Source: Planctomycetota bacterium (lineage in GTDB: Bacteria; Planctomycetota; JAJSAM01; JAJVHW01). Taken from it: 64,000 bases of DNA. The position numbers were made by a program, and so were the translations under genes. The notes under the pieces are model-generated. The model did no database searches and had not been told where the DNA came from. It saw only the letters and a program-made list of their open reading frames with translations. The stretch spans positions 352,001 to 416,000 of the forward strand of contig CBDFJG010000003.1 of assembly GCA_965248445.1 (NCBI GenBank), given 5' to 3'. Position 1 is the first letter of the stretch. Each line of letters opens with the position of its first letter. Shown here one piece after another: positions 27,746-38,100 of this stretch.

Positions 27746-29458
27746 ATGGCCTCGGTCGGAACCGGCGTCACGATCGGATCGCGAACGATCCGTGTCGTGC
27801 AGGTGCGCCAGCAGAAGGACGGCTCCTGGCTCGTGGAGTCGGCACTCAGCGCGCCGATGAAGGGACACGACGTGCCCGACGCCCGCCGCGTGGCGGAAGC
27901 GCGGGCCGCGCTCGCGACGTCGGGCGTGAAGGGACGCGCGCTGGTCGGGCTCTCCGGCCGCGACCTGATCGTCCGCTACACCCAGGTGCCTCCGGTTCCC
28001 GACTGGCGCCTCGAGATGCTGATGAACTTCGAGATCCAGGAGGTCTCGGAGCAGTCCGGCGGCGACCTCTCGGCGGACTACGCGCTCCTCGAAGTGGACG
28101 ACACGACGAGCGGCGACAACGTCGTGCTCGTCGCGCTGGCGAAGAACGGCTTCCTGAACCCGCGGCTCGAGGCGCTCAAGGCCGCGGGCCTCGACGTCAT
28201 CGGCGGCTGCCCGCGAGCCGTCGCGGCATTCTGGAGCTACAAGGAGAACGGCCGCCTGCGGCACGACGAGACCGTCGTGATCATGCACATCGGTCACGAA
28301 AACACCGACGTGGCGATCGCGCGGTCGGGTGTCCTCCTGTTCGCGCGCAACGTCGCAGGCGGCGGCAAGATGTTCACCGACTCGCTCGTCGAGAACATGC
28401 GCGTCAACGCCGCGACGGCCGAGAAGCTGAAGATCACCAAGGGCAACCTGACGCCGCGCGGTCGCGCACGCTATCGCGACTCGGGCGAGGAGAAGGTCGC
28501 CAACAACCTGATGGGCGTCGGCGGACACTTCGTCTCCGCGTTCAACTCGTCGGTGATGTTCGCGAAGGCCCAGACCAAGGTGCCGGACTGCAACCCGGAC
28601 CGTCTCGTGCTCATGGGCGGCGGCGCGCTCTTGCGCGGCCTGCCCGAGTACCTCGAGAGCAACCTCGGCGTCCCGGTCGAACTGTTCGACCCGATGGAGG
28701 ACGTCGATCTCGGCGGCCTCACCGCCGAGCAGCAGAACGCGCTGCGCCAGGAACAGGGTGCGATGGCCGTCACGCTGGGTCTCGCTCAGATGGCGGCCGA
28801 CGAGAACGCCATCCACGTCGAGGTCCTGCCCGAAGCGGACAAGAAGGCGCGGCACTTCAAGCAGCACACACTGTGGATGATCCTCGCGGCGGCCCTGCTC
28901 GTCGCCGCGGTCGTCGCTGCATTCGTGCTCGCCGGGCAGGCGCAGTCGCGGGCCGACGCCGAGAAGGAGATCCTCGACAAGCGCAAGACGGACTACAGCA
29001 CGAACTACGCTGAGTACGTCGCGGCGCGCGACAACGTCGCGCGCATCAACAACGAGAAGTACCGGCTGCGGCGGCAGACCGCGCTCGGCCCCGCCTTGCA
29101 GCGTGTGACCGACGCGATCCAGTCGGTCATCAAGGGCGGCAAGTTCGACGAGATCCACGTCGCGGACCTCGCGGGCGCGATGAAGGAAGTCGTGCGCGAT
29201 GGCGAGCGGGACGTGTTCCCCGAGTTCGAGTGCGAGGCGATCGTCGAGTCGACAGGCGGTCGCCCGACGCAGCAGGCGATCACCGAATTCAGCCAATTGC
29301 TGCAGATGAAACTCAAGAGCATGGGTGGCCTCACCTACGACGAGGTGGGGCGTCCGAAGGATCTCGATGGCCAGCGCTGGAAGATGACGTTCCGCGTGCG
29401 CCAGGAGACGTTCCCCGAGAAGGTCGCTGACGAACCAGCGGCCGGCAACGGAGAGTAA
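27746..29458 (+). CDS. PilM-like actin-fold protein fused to a PilN-like TM/coiled-coil domain
   Basis: GVTIGSRTIRVV, IGHENTD, GGKMFT, LMGGGALLRGL.EYL...LGVPVE..DP; then EVLP + TM + coiled coil. Confidence 0.82.
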   Translation: MASVGTGVTIGSRTIRVVQVRQQKDGSWLVESALSAPMKGHDVPDARRVAEARAALATSGVKGRALVGLSGRDLIVRYTQVPPVPDWRLEMLMNFEIQEVSEQSGGDLSADYALLEVDDTTSGDNVVLVALAKNGFLNPRLEALKAAGLDVIGGCPRAVAAFWSYKENGRLRHDETVVIMHIGHENTDVAIARSGVLLFARNVAGGGKMFTDSLVENMRVNAATAEKLKITKGNLTPRGRARYRDSGEEKVANNLMGVGGHFVSAFNSSVMFAKAQTKVPDCNPDRLVLMGGGALLRGLPEYLESNLGVPVELFDPMEDVDLGGLTAEQQNALRQEQGAMAVTLGLAQMAADENAIHVEVLPEADKKARHFKQHTLWMILAAALLVAAVVAAFVLAGQAQSRADAEKEILDKRKTDYSTNYAEYVAARDNVARINNEKYRLRRQTALGPALQRVTDAIQSVIKGGKFDEIHVADLAGAMKEVVRDGERDVFPEFECEAIVESTGGRPTQQAITEFSQLLQMKLKSMGGLTYDEVGRPKDLDGQRWKMTFRVRQETFPEKVADEPAAGNGE

Positions 29459-29464
29459 GCCCCG

Positions 29465-30334
29465 ATGGACGAGATCTGGCAACGCCACAAGGCCTTCATC
29501 CTCCAATGCGTGATCGGGGGCATCGTGTTCCTGATCGCGTGGGGCGTGAAGGCGAACATGTACGACCGCGTCGAGGACGCGCAAGCGACCAACGAGCGCG
29601 CCAAGACGTTGCTCAAGGAGCAACTCAGCGCCGGCAAGGCGCCGTCGCGCAAGTCGATCGCCGAACAGGAGCGCTTGGCCAAGGTCGGGCAGGCGAACTT
29701 CCGCAAGCTCGCAGCGTCCGTCGCGTCGGTTGCCGAACCCGCCGACGGCAAGATCGCGTATGTCCGCGAGAACATCGGCTGGGTGCTCTCGAACATCGGC
29801 AAGCAGTCGGAGCTCGACAGCTTCGTCAACCAATACCGCACGCTGCCGCAAGGCTGCCTCTTCCGGCTGAAGGAGGAGGCACGCGGCGTCCTCGTGGGCC
29901 GGGCCGCGCAGCTCGGGAAGACCGTGGACCGTTCGCTCGGACTGGCGACGGCGTTCACCGACGACGAGGTGCCGGTCGCGCTGCACGGGCTGGCACTCGC
30001 GACGGAGATTGTGACGCGCGCACTCAACTCGAGCGAAGCAGAGGGCATCGACGGGATCCTCGACATGCGCATTGCGCCTCGTCAGCGGCGCAAGGTGAGC
30101 GAGGGCGACGACGCCTCGCGCGTGAACAGCTTCCCGGTGGCCTTCCGCCTGCTCGGCCATCCCGAGGACGTGCACGCGATCCTTCGCTCGTTCAACCGTC
30201 CCGGCGGTTCCGCCATCAAGCGATTGATCGTGCTGGATGCCATCGAGGGAATCTCCCGTCCGCGGGAGGAAGAAGTCACGATCGACGCCCAGATCCGGAT
30301 CCTCGGCCTGCACCACCTGGGCGTGGCGGAATGA
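29465..30334 (+). CDS. hypothetical bitopic protein, positional PilO/GspM equivalent
   Basis: N-terminal TM, coiled coil, alternating beta/alpha C-terminus; follows PilMN. Confidence 0.6.
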   Translation: MDEIWQRHKAFILQCVIGGIVFLIAWGVKANMYDRVEDAQATNERAKTLLKEQLSAGKAPSRKSIAEQERLAKVGQANFRKLAASVASVAEPADGKIAYVRENIGWVLSNIGKQSELDSFVNQYRTLPQGCLFRLKEEARGVLVGRAAQLGKTVDRSLGLATAFTDDEVPVALHGLALATEIVTRALNSSEAEGIDGILDMRIAPRQRRKVSEGDDASRVNSFPVAFRLLGHPEDVHAILRSFNRPGGSAIKRLIVLDAIEGISRPREEEVTIDAQIRILGLHHLGVAE

Positions 30335-30368
30335 TGGCTCGGCGTAGCGGAGTGAGGGAGCCCGTCAG

Positions 30369-33134
30369 ATGAAGAAGGAACAACTGCTCTTGGTCGCCTG
30401 CGCCGTGATTGCGGCGCTGTTCTTCTGGATGAACCTCGGCCTCTACGAAGACGTCAACGCGAGCGAGCTCGCCACCGGCACCGACGTGCCGACGGCTCCG
30501 CCGGTCGAGTACGACCTCTCGGCGGGGCTCGAGGCGCCTCCCGGCGGACGCAGCCTCTTCCAGCCGCAGATCCGCGAAGTGCGCGGCGAACTGCCCGAGC
30601 TCGCGCCGCCGGCGGCTCTGGACCCGACGTGGATCCGCCCGCTGATGGACCCGCCCGCTCCGGCGGCCGCGTGGTCCGAGCTGCGGACGCCGCTCACCAT
30701 CGCGCGGCCCGCCGACACCGGCGACGAGACCGGCAATGAGGACGGCGAGGACGGGGCCGACGGCGAGGATGTCGACTTCGACGAGAACCCGTTCGAGACG
30801 GGTCCGGAGCGCGACATGACGAAGGTCGCGCGCCTCGTCCGCAAGGACGGCAGCGGCGAGATCGCCGTGCTCGTCGAACCGCGCGGCGCACTCAAGGACC
30901 AGCCGGAGTGGCGCATTCTCGAGCTGTGGCCGAACGCCGAGTTCATGGTCACCGAGCTGAACGAGGGCGGCACGCGCCGCGGGACGTGGGTCGGCGATGC
31001 GAGCAGCCTCGCGCGCTACTCGCGATTCGTGCCCACTCGCAACTGCGAGAACGAGTACCACGAGGAGCGCATCCGGCGCGCCGTGCGTGACACGGATCGC
31101 GGCGGACTCATGGAACTCGCGCAGTGGTGTCTCGACACGTTGTCGAAGACGTACGGCACCGAGGCGGTCAAGAAGGCCGTCACGACGCTCGAACAGGCGT
31201 ACGCCGTCAAGGCGGACGCTGCGATCGCCCGCCAGCTCGCCAGCGCGTACAGCGCCGCGTACGACCCCGAGGGCGAGGTGCGCACTCTGCTGCGCTACCT
31301 TGACAAAGAGTCGCGAGACGTGGCGGTCATGCGTGACGCGGCCGACGCTCTCGACCGCGTCGGAATGGGCGGCACGGCGCGCGGACTGTGGGAAGAGGCC
31401 GCCAAGGGCGGCGATCTCGGCGCGTATCTCGGCCTCGGATGGAACAAGCTCGCAAACGGCGAGCTGGATGCCGCTCTCACGGAGTTCAAGCGCGTGCAAT
31501 CCGGCAGCGACCGCGCGCAACTTGCCAGTGCGTTCGCGGGCACGTGCGACGCACAGATCCGGCTGGGCGATTTCAAGGCCGCGGTGGCGGCAGCCAAGAG
31601 CGCGGCTCAGTACACCTCGACGGATCAGGACGTGCTGGCCCGTGCAGGCGCTGCGTACTACTACGCCGGCGACTTCACGACGGCCGAGTCGGTCCTGCGC
31701 AAGGCGGCAGCCGTTGCACCGAACCACGAATCGCGGGCCCGCTCGAACCTCGGCTTCGTGCTGCTGGCCAAGGGAGACCTGGCCGGTGCGCGCGCCGCGT
31801 TCGAGCAGTGCCTGGCAGACGACCCGCTCAACTTCGTCGATCCGCATGTCGGTCTCGGTTGCGTCAATCAGCGCGAAGGCGACCCCGCCGCTGCGAACGA
31901 CTCGTTCGCTGCGGCCCTCAGGGCGGATACGGAGAACGCCTGGATCCGCATGCGCACCGCGACGATGAAGCAGCAGGACGGCGTCCCCAAGGACGCGCTC
32001 ATGCTGGCGCGCGAGACGCTGCAGCGGGCCCCGGGTTCGATCGAGGCGCTGCGCACGGCAGGCGTGGCCGCGGACGACATGGGCGATGGCGACACAGCCG
32101 TCGAGTACCTCGGTCGCGCCGTGGACAAGGCCCCTGACAGTGCCGAGGTCATCTACGAGTTCGGCCGGGCCCTGGCGAACGCTGATCGGGGCAGCCAGTC
32201 CGTGGCGTTCCTCGCGCAGGCGACCAACGTGACGGCGGGCCCGGCGCGCCGCGACGGAAACTGCCTGATCCTCTACGCGTACGCGCTCTACAAGAACCGC
32301 TCGGGACTCGACTCGGTGCTCGACGCGATCCAGCGCGCTAACCGCGCGGCGCAGTCGCCCGCCTCCGGGGCGTACCTGAAGGAGATGCGCACGAAGATCG
32401 CCGACTGGGATGCGACGCGCATCTGGACGGACAACTTCAACCGACAGGCCGACGAGAAGCTCTACAACGGCTGGATCGAGGACGACGACCGTCTCGGCCC
32501 CGCGATCCGGGGCGACGGCACCTCTGCGATCTTCCGCGGCACCATGCGTGCGGTCGCCGATCCGCGCCAGGGTACGTCGATGTCCCGGCCGGGCGACCTG
32601 AAGGGGTTCATGGAGGCGGAAGTCTCGTTCCGGCGCGGCTCCGACACCGAGGTCGTGATCGGTATCTCGATCGGTGCGCTGTCACCGCCTCCGGGCACCG
32701 AAGACCCCGGCAAGCGCCGCGGTGGCCGCAACGTGGGGCACGAACTCGCTCTCGCCGTGGACCGGGACTCCAAGGTCTGGATCTGGGCGACCACGAAGAC
32801 AGGCCGGGGCTCGACCGTCGGTCTCAAGCGCTTTGCGGTCCTAGGTGCCGACGGCGACCAGGTGACGTACCCCGAGGGGACCGACTGGCACACGTGCCGG
32901 TTCGCCCGCACGGGTCCGTCGGACAAGGCGGGATTCGAAGTGTCCTTCGACGGCGGGCTCGTGAGCGCGAAGTTGGAGGACGAGGGCGCGGAGCCCGTGA
33001 GCGCGTTCGAAATCAGCGGTCTGGCGGCCAAGAGCGGGCGGGAGTACACCCTGTCCGTAATCGTTGACGCCGACCGTGGCACGGATGTTGATGTACGAAT
33101 CGACGACGTCACTCTCACGCGGAAGATCAACTGA
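30369..33134 (+). CDS. exported TPR protein with C-terminal beta-sandwich region
   Basis: N-terminal hydrophobic segment, Pro/acidic linker, many TPR-like repeats, beta-rich C-terminus starting WTDNFNR. Confidence 0.75.
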   Translation: MKKEQLLLVACAVIAALFFWMNLGLYEDVNASELATGTDVPTAPPVEYDLSAGLEAPPGGRSLFQPQIREVRGELPELAPPAALDPTWIRPLMDPPAPAAAWSELRTPLTIARPADTGDETGNEDGEDGADGEDVDFDENPFETGPERDMTKVARLVRKDGSGEIAVLVEPRGALKDQPEWRILELWPNAEFMVTELNEGGTRRGTWVGDASSLARYSRFVPTRNCENEYHEERIRRAVRDTDRGGLMELAQWCLDTLSKTYGTEAVKKAVTTLEQAYAVKADAAIARQLASAYSAAYDPEGEVRTLLRYLDKESRDVAVMRDAADALDRVGMGGTARGLWEEAAKGGDLGAYLGLGWNKLANGELDAALTEFKRVQSGSDRAQLASAFAGTCDAQIRLGDFKAAVAAAKSAAQYTSTDQDVLARAGAAYYYAGDFTTAESVLRKAAAVAPNHESRARSNLGFVLLAKGDLAGARAAFEQCLADDPLNFVDPHVGLGCVNQREGDPAAANDSFAAALRADTENAWIRMRTATMKQQDGVPKDALMLARETLQRAPGSIEALRTAGVAADDMGDGDTAVEYLGRAVDKAPDSAEVIYEFGRALANADRGSQSVAFLAQATNVTAGPARRDGNCLILYAYALYKNRSGLDSVLDAIQRANRAAQSPASGAYLKEMRTKIADWDATRIWTDNFNRQADEKLYNGWIEDDDRLGPAIRGDGTSAIFRGTMRAVADPRQGTSMSRPGDLKGFMEAEVSFRRGSDTEVVIGISIGALSPPPGTEDPGKRRGGRNVGHELALAVDRDSKVWIWATTKTGRGSTVGLKRFAVLGADGDQVTYPEGTDWHTCRFARTGPSDKAGFEVSFDGGLVSAKLEDEGAEPVSAFEISGLAAKSGREYTLSVIVDADRGTDVDVRIDDVTLTRKIN

Positions 33135-33168
33135 TCCCGCGGGGTCGGTGAGGACGAAGGAGACGCAG

Positions 33169-33870
33169 ATGCAGAGGCCGACAACCCAAGGACCGACAAT
33201 CCAGGGAGCTGGGCGGCGTGCTCAGGCCGAAGCCGGTGGTTTCTCCATGATCGAGCTGCTGGTCGTCATCACGATCCTCGCGGCGCTGGCCGCCGCCGGC
33301 ACCATCTGGTTCGGCATGGCGGAGAGGGCGAAGCTCAAGGCGATCACGACCTCGCGGCTGACTGCGATCGCCACCGGGCTCGAGTCTCTCAAGCTCGCCA
33401 CGGGCGCCTACCCGTCGACGGACAACGAGAGTCTGCGCGGTCCGAACCGCGAGAAGATCGGTGCGGCGATCGGCACGCCGAACGAGAGCAATCAGGGGAT
33501 CGAGACGGTCTACGTCGCGTTCCACATGACCGGCGTCTCCATCAGCACGGACGACCTCGGCGACTCGGCGATCGCGAACCTCGACGAGGACGGAGCCATC
33601 GAAACGACGGGCACGTCGCTCACGAGCAACGAGTTGTTCGAGTACGTGGATGCCTGGGGCAACCCGTTCGTCTACTTCAACGGCAAGGACTACAAGGACG
33701 TCAGCAAGGTCTCCGCGTACGTGAACTACAAGCTCGAGGACGTCACCGCCGCCCCCATGGCGAGCGAGAAGACCGGCGCGTTCCTGCGTGCCGCGTCGTT
33801 CCAGCTGTTCAGCATGGGCTCGGACGGACAGCCGAACACCGAAGACGACATTGCCTGGGGAACGAAGTAG
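33169..33870 (+). CDS. GspG-like major pseudopilin
   Basis: G|FSMIELLVVI prepilin site; DAWGNPF and FQLFSMGSDGQPNTEDDI GspG-type C-terminus; AAGGAG RBS. Confidence 0.85.
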   Translation: MQRPTTQGPTIQGAGRRAQAEAGGFSMIELLVVITILAALAAAGTIWFGMAERAKLKAITTSRLTAIATGLESLKLATGAYPSTDNESLRGPNREKIGAAIGTPNESNQGIETVYVAFHMTGVSISTDDLGDSAIANLDEDGAIETTGTSLTSNELFEYVDAWGNPFVYFNGKDYKDVSKVSAYVNYKLEDVTAAPMASEKTGAFLRAASFQLFSMGSDGQPNTEDDIAWGTK

Positions 33871-33884
33871 GTAGGAGAGAGCGC

Positions 33885-35015
33885 ATGCGGACACCAGCGC
33901 ACTGTTCTCGAGCGGGACTTCGGTCGGCCGCCGGCTACACGCTCATGGAGCTCATGCTCGTGCTCACCCTGATGGGCGTGCTCATGGGATTCGGCATCGG
34001 CGCATTCGTGTCACTCGGCAAGCGCACCGCGTACGAGCAGACTCTCGCGAGTACCACCGGCCTGGTGAACAAGGTCAAGAATGCGTCCTCGCGGTTCCCA
34101 GCCGCACTCGTCACCGATCCCGCCGAGCGCCGCATCTACGGGCGCACAGAGCAGATCCTGCAGGAGCTGCACTTCGAGCCCAGGAGGGGTGACGGCGAGG
34201 CGCTGGATGACTTCGCCAAGGGCATCGGCGGTCTGGACGTCGATGTCATCGGCGGCGACCTGCTCCCGGAGGGCGGGCGAGTCGGCGGCGGACTGAAGGT
34301 GACGGGCGGCGGCGTCGACTGCGGGAACTACGCGGCCTACGACGTCGAGGACGGCATCTCGATCGAACTCTGGATCCAGCCGGAGACCGTCGGGATGGCG
34401 CAGCTGGTCGAGAAGGGTGACGCGTTCAACGTGGCGATCCTGCCCAGCAGTAGCGGCCCCGGCCGCATTCGTGTTCGCATGAGCGTGCGCGACATGGGCG
34501 ACCGCGAGGAGATCAGTCACGAGGCAGAGATCCCGCGGGTGCGCGCCGGCAAGTGGATGGGGATCATCGTCGGGTACGACCGGAGCGAGATCACCGTGCG
34601 CACGGACGACGGTTTCGGCCCCGTGCTCCGCGGCTCCTTCCCCGAGACGCGGCCTCTCTACACCGACCCGGACGCGTCGCTGCGCGTCGCGACGGACTTC
34701 GTGGGCGTCATCGACGACTTCCGTTTCGGCGGCGTGCGCGTCGAGGACCCGGTCCTGTTGCCCGCAGGCGTCTACCTGGCGGGGAACGCGACCACGCTGC
34801 ACTTCTCGTCGGGCAAGCTCGACCCGCGGAAGCACCCGGGCGTCGTAAGGATCTTCCTCGGATCAAAGGAAGAGAAGGCCGTGATCGAGATCGGACAGAA
34901 CGGGACCGTGCAGCGGGTCGCCCGTCCCAAGGAAGGCGAGTGGCCGACCGACGACGGGAGCACGCTCCAGCCGCCGGGGACGGACGTCGAGACGACCCCC
35001 GAAAAGGACGAGTAG
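33885..35015 (+). CDS. GspH-like minor pseudopilin with LamG-like domain
   Basis: G|YTLMELMLV; ISIELWIQP, LVEKG, W.GI...YD, F.G.IDDFR LamG-like motifs. Confidence 0.78.
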   Translation: MRTPAHCSRAGLRSAAGYTLMELMLVLTLMGVLMGFGIGAFVSLGKRTAYEQTLASTTGLVNKVKNASSRFPAALVTDPAERRIYGRTEQILQELHFEPRRGDGEALDDFAKGIGGLDVDVIGGDLLPEGGRVGGGLKVTGGGVDCGNYAAYDVEDGISIELWIQPETVGMAQLVEKGDAFNVAILPSSSGPGRIRVRMSVRDMGDREEISHEAEIPRVRAGKWMGIIVGYDRSEITVRTDDGFGPVLRGSFPETRPLYTDPDASLRVATDFVGVIDDFRFGGVRVEDPVLLPAGVYLAGNATTLHFSSGKLDPRKHPGVVRIFLGSKEEKAVIEIGQNGTVQRVARPKEGEWPTDDGSTLQPPGTDVETTPEKDE

Positions 35016-35155
35016 GGGCGAGTAGGACGAGGGGCCACTCCCGCCGTGGTTCGGAACGGAAGTTGAGACTCTCTCCCCGGGATCGCAGTGGCAGGCCGCT
35101 GCAGCAAGAAGAAGCGCCCTCGCCAGCCAGGAGAGCGGGGGACCGGAGGTGTCAG

Positions 35156-38100
35156 GTGATCACAAAGTTGCCAATCGCTGATAACCAGATGACCAGTCCA
35201 GGGGCCGGCTCAGGGGCCGATTCAGGGGGTCGGAGGGCCGTCGATCGGGCGTCCCACGAGCGGGAGCGCGGCATCGCGCTGGTGTCCGTCGTGGCGGTCC
35301 TGGTGCTGCTCGCCATCGTCTCCACCCCGTTCCTCGTGAGCATGCGTGACAGCGCGGCCCGCGGTCAGAAGTTCCTCTACTCCGCCCGCGCCGACTGGGA
35401 GGCCGAGAGCCTCTTCGAACGGGTCCGCTCGCATCTGACGCTGTCTCTCGAACACATCGAGCGGCGCAAGCTCGATGACTCCAGCGCCGGCGCCGTGGAC
35501 AGCGGGCGTCCGCCCGACGACGCGACGCCCACCAGCGACACGACCGCCGAGATCACACTGCCGCGCGCGATCCTGGATGAGTTCAACATCGACTCCGCGC
35601 GCGAACAGCGCGTGTGGGACGTCGAGATCGTCGACCTGCAGGGCCGCCTGAACGCGAACAACTGCTCGTACCCGGTTCTGGCCAACATCCTCGGCCGCAC
35701 CGAGCTGGGCGATCAGCTCTCCTCCGATGACAACCGAGTGCCTCTGGTGGACGGCAGCATGTTCCCCGCCGATGGCGGGGTCGTGCGCATCGGCACCGAG
35801 GCGATCAAGTACGAACAGCGCCTCGGCAACGAACTGTCCGGCTGCGAACGCGGCTACCGAGGCGACGTGGCCGGCAACAGCGCCGCCGGTGACTGGGACC
35901 AGGGCGACGTCGTCATCCTCGAGGCCGCGTACCAGATCGCGACGCGTCCGTTCCGCGCGCGGCCGGGCGCGTACGTCCGCTACACCAACATCTACCAGTT
36001 GCGGAGCATCGCCGACCAGGGCGTCGCCGCACTATCGCCCGAGCAGTTCGACTCCCTGCGTCCGTTCGTCACCACGTGGAACGGCAACATCGTCGGAGAC
36101 GGGTGGTCGAACCCGCAAGTCGTCCGCAACGCGATCACCGCCGCCGACTCGTCGCAGCGCTACGCCGACCTCAAGAACAACCGCTACTTCGGTGAGGGCA
36201 CGATCTTCCGTATCACCGACGGCGTGAACGACGACTACGGCGTCATCACGAAGGTGCGCGGCGACAGTCAGGTGCTCCTGGGCGGGAACATCGAGAACGA
36301 CTACTCGGCGGACCAGTCGCGCATGTACTCGCTCGCCCGCTCGCCGGTCAACGTGAACGTGGCCGACGAAGACCTGCTGGCGATCGTGTTCAGCGGGCTG
36401 AAGATGCGCGGCCGCGGCACGGCCATCCCACCCGAGAAGGCGCGGCGCATCGCCAAGCACCTGAAGGAGTGGGTCGTCTCCGACGAGGACGCGCCCGGCG
36501 TGTACCGGAACTGGGAAGACTTCACGAATGCGCTCGAGGCCGCCCGCGACGAGATGGGCATCATCAGCGGTGATGAATTCGAGGCTCTGCTCCGGAACGC
36601 GATGAACGCGAACGACTCGGGCCTCTCGTTCTCCACGGTGCCCTTCGTGTTCCGCTCGTTCGACCTCTATCAGGTCGACGCAACGGCGGCGATCATGGAC
36701 TCGACGGGCCGCGAGCTCGCCCGCCGCGAACTGTCCCGCGTGTTCCACGCTTCGAGCACCCGCTCGGGCACGTTCGTCGTGGAGACGCAGGACGACTTCC
36801 AGCGCCACATCATGAAGTCGCGCGACTCCAAGTGGTTCGCCACGTTCCCCGACAACATCAACGCGTACTACGACTCCCGGAACATCCCCGCGTCCGAGTA
36901 CGAAGCGTTCGCGACCAAGTCGCGCTTCCCGTCGACCAAGCGCTCGGACGCGGACGGGGACGTGCGGCTCCTGCCGGCGGCCTATCGCTTCTCGCCGCAG
37001 GGCACGGCGCAGGGCACGACGGAACGCGTGCACCACTTCGACGAATCGGATCTGCCGGACGGTCTGGATCTCGCGAAGGACGAACTCACATTCACGGTCG
37101 ACGGTCCGTACAGCGTCGAGGACCGCCAGGCCGACATCGTCGACCTCCAGGACATCCCGGGTGTCGGCTCGGGCATCGAGATGGGTCTGAAGGAATTCGC
37201 CTACTCGATGTGGTACCGGCCGGCGTGGAGCCGCAGCGGCAGCGACGAAGTACTGTTCGACTACGGCGCCGAGGGCGACGACTTCAACCGCGTGAGCCTG
37301 CGTTACGACGGCGAGCGCGATGTGCTGCTGCTGGCGGTCGCCGATGCGACCCGCGAGGGGCGCTCGTGCGAGATCTTCTACGAGTTCGACCACACGACGT
37401 GGGACGCCGACCAGTGGTACCACATCGGCGTCAACGTGGCCGGCTGCCACCCCTCGCTCATCGAGCTGTTCATCGACGGTGAGAAGCAGGGCCGCGCGTC
37501 GGGCATCACGCGTCTGACGTCGAACATCGCGCCGACCGGTGCGGTACTCGAGCTCAGCGTCGAGGATGCGTCATCGTTCCCGGACTACGGCGTGGTCATG
37601 ATCCGCGCGGAAGAGGGGATGGAGCTCTTCGAGTACTCCTCGCGCACCGAAGGCTCGTTCATCCTCTCGAAGCGCAAGGCGCGCAACATCGACGTCGTGG
37701 ACGAAGCAGACGAACCGCGCACGCACGTCAGCGGCGCCGTCGTCGAGCTGTACGGGTTCGCCGGGTCGCTGCTGAGCGACATCAAGCGCGGCGGTTCGAC
37801 CACGGACTCGACGTTCGGACCGTTCCGCATCTATCGGTTCCACTACTACGGGCAAGACGTGATGATCGACGACGGGACGATCATCTGCCATGGTCTCGCG
37901 GCGACGACTCAGCACGTGCTCCCGATTGCGGATATCACGCTGACGGAGTGGGATACGGGGTCCGCCGACCAGGACATCTTGGACGATCTCGGACCCACCG
38001 GAACCGAGGGCCTGGCGCTCATCGTCTCCAGGTCGCCGGTGAGGATCATTCCGACCGGCGGCACCACGATCATCATCGGGAACGGCGGCAGCCTGGCCGT

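Noticed and set aside
34553..35155. N-terminal 200 aa of the 1940-aa ORF
   Set aside because: Overlaps the GspH-like gene in another frame; the RBS and prepilin motif place the start at 35156 or 35189.
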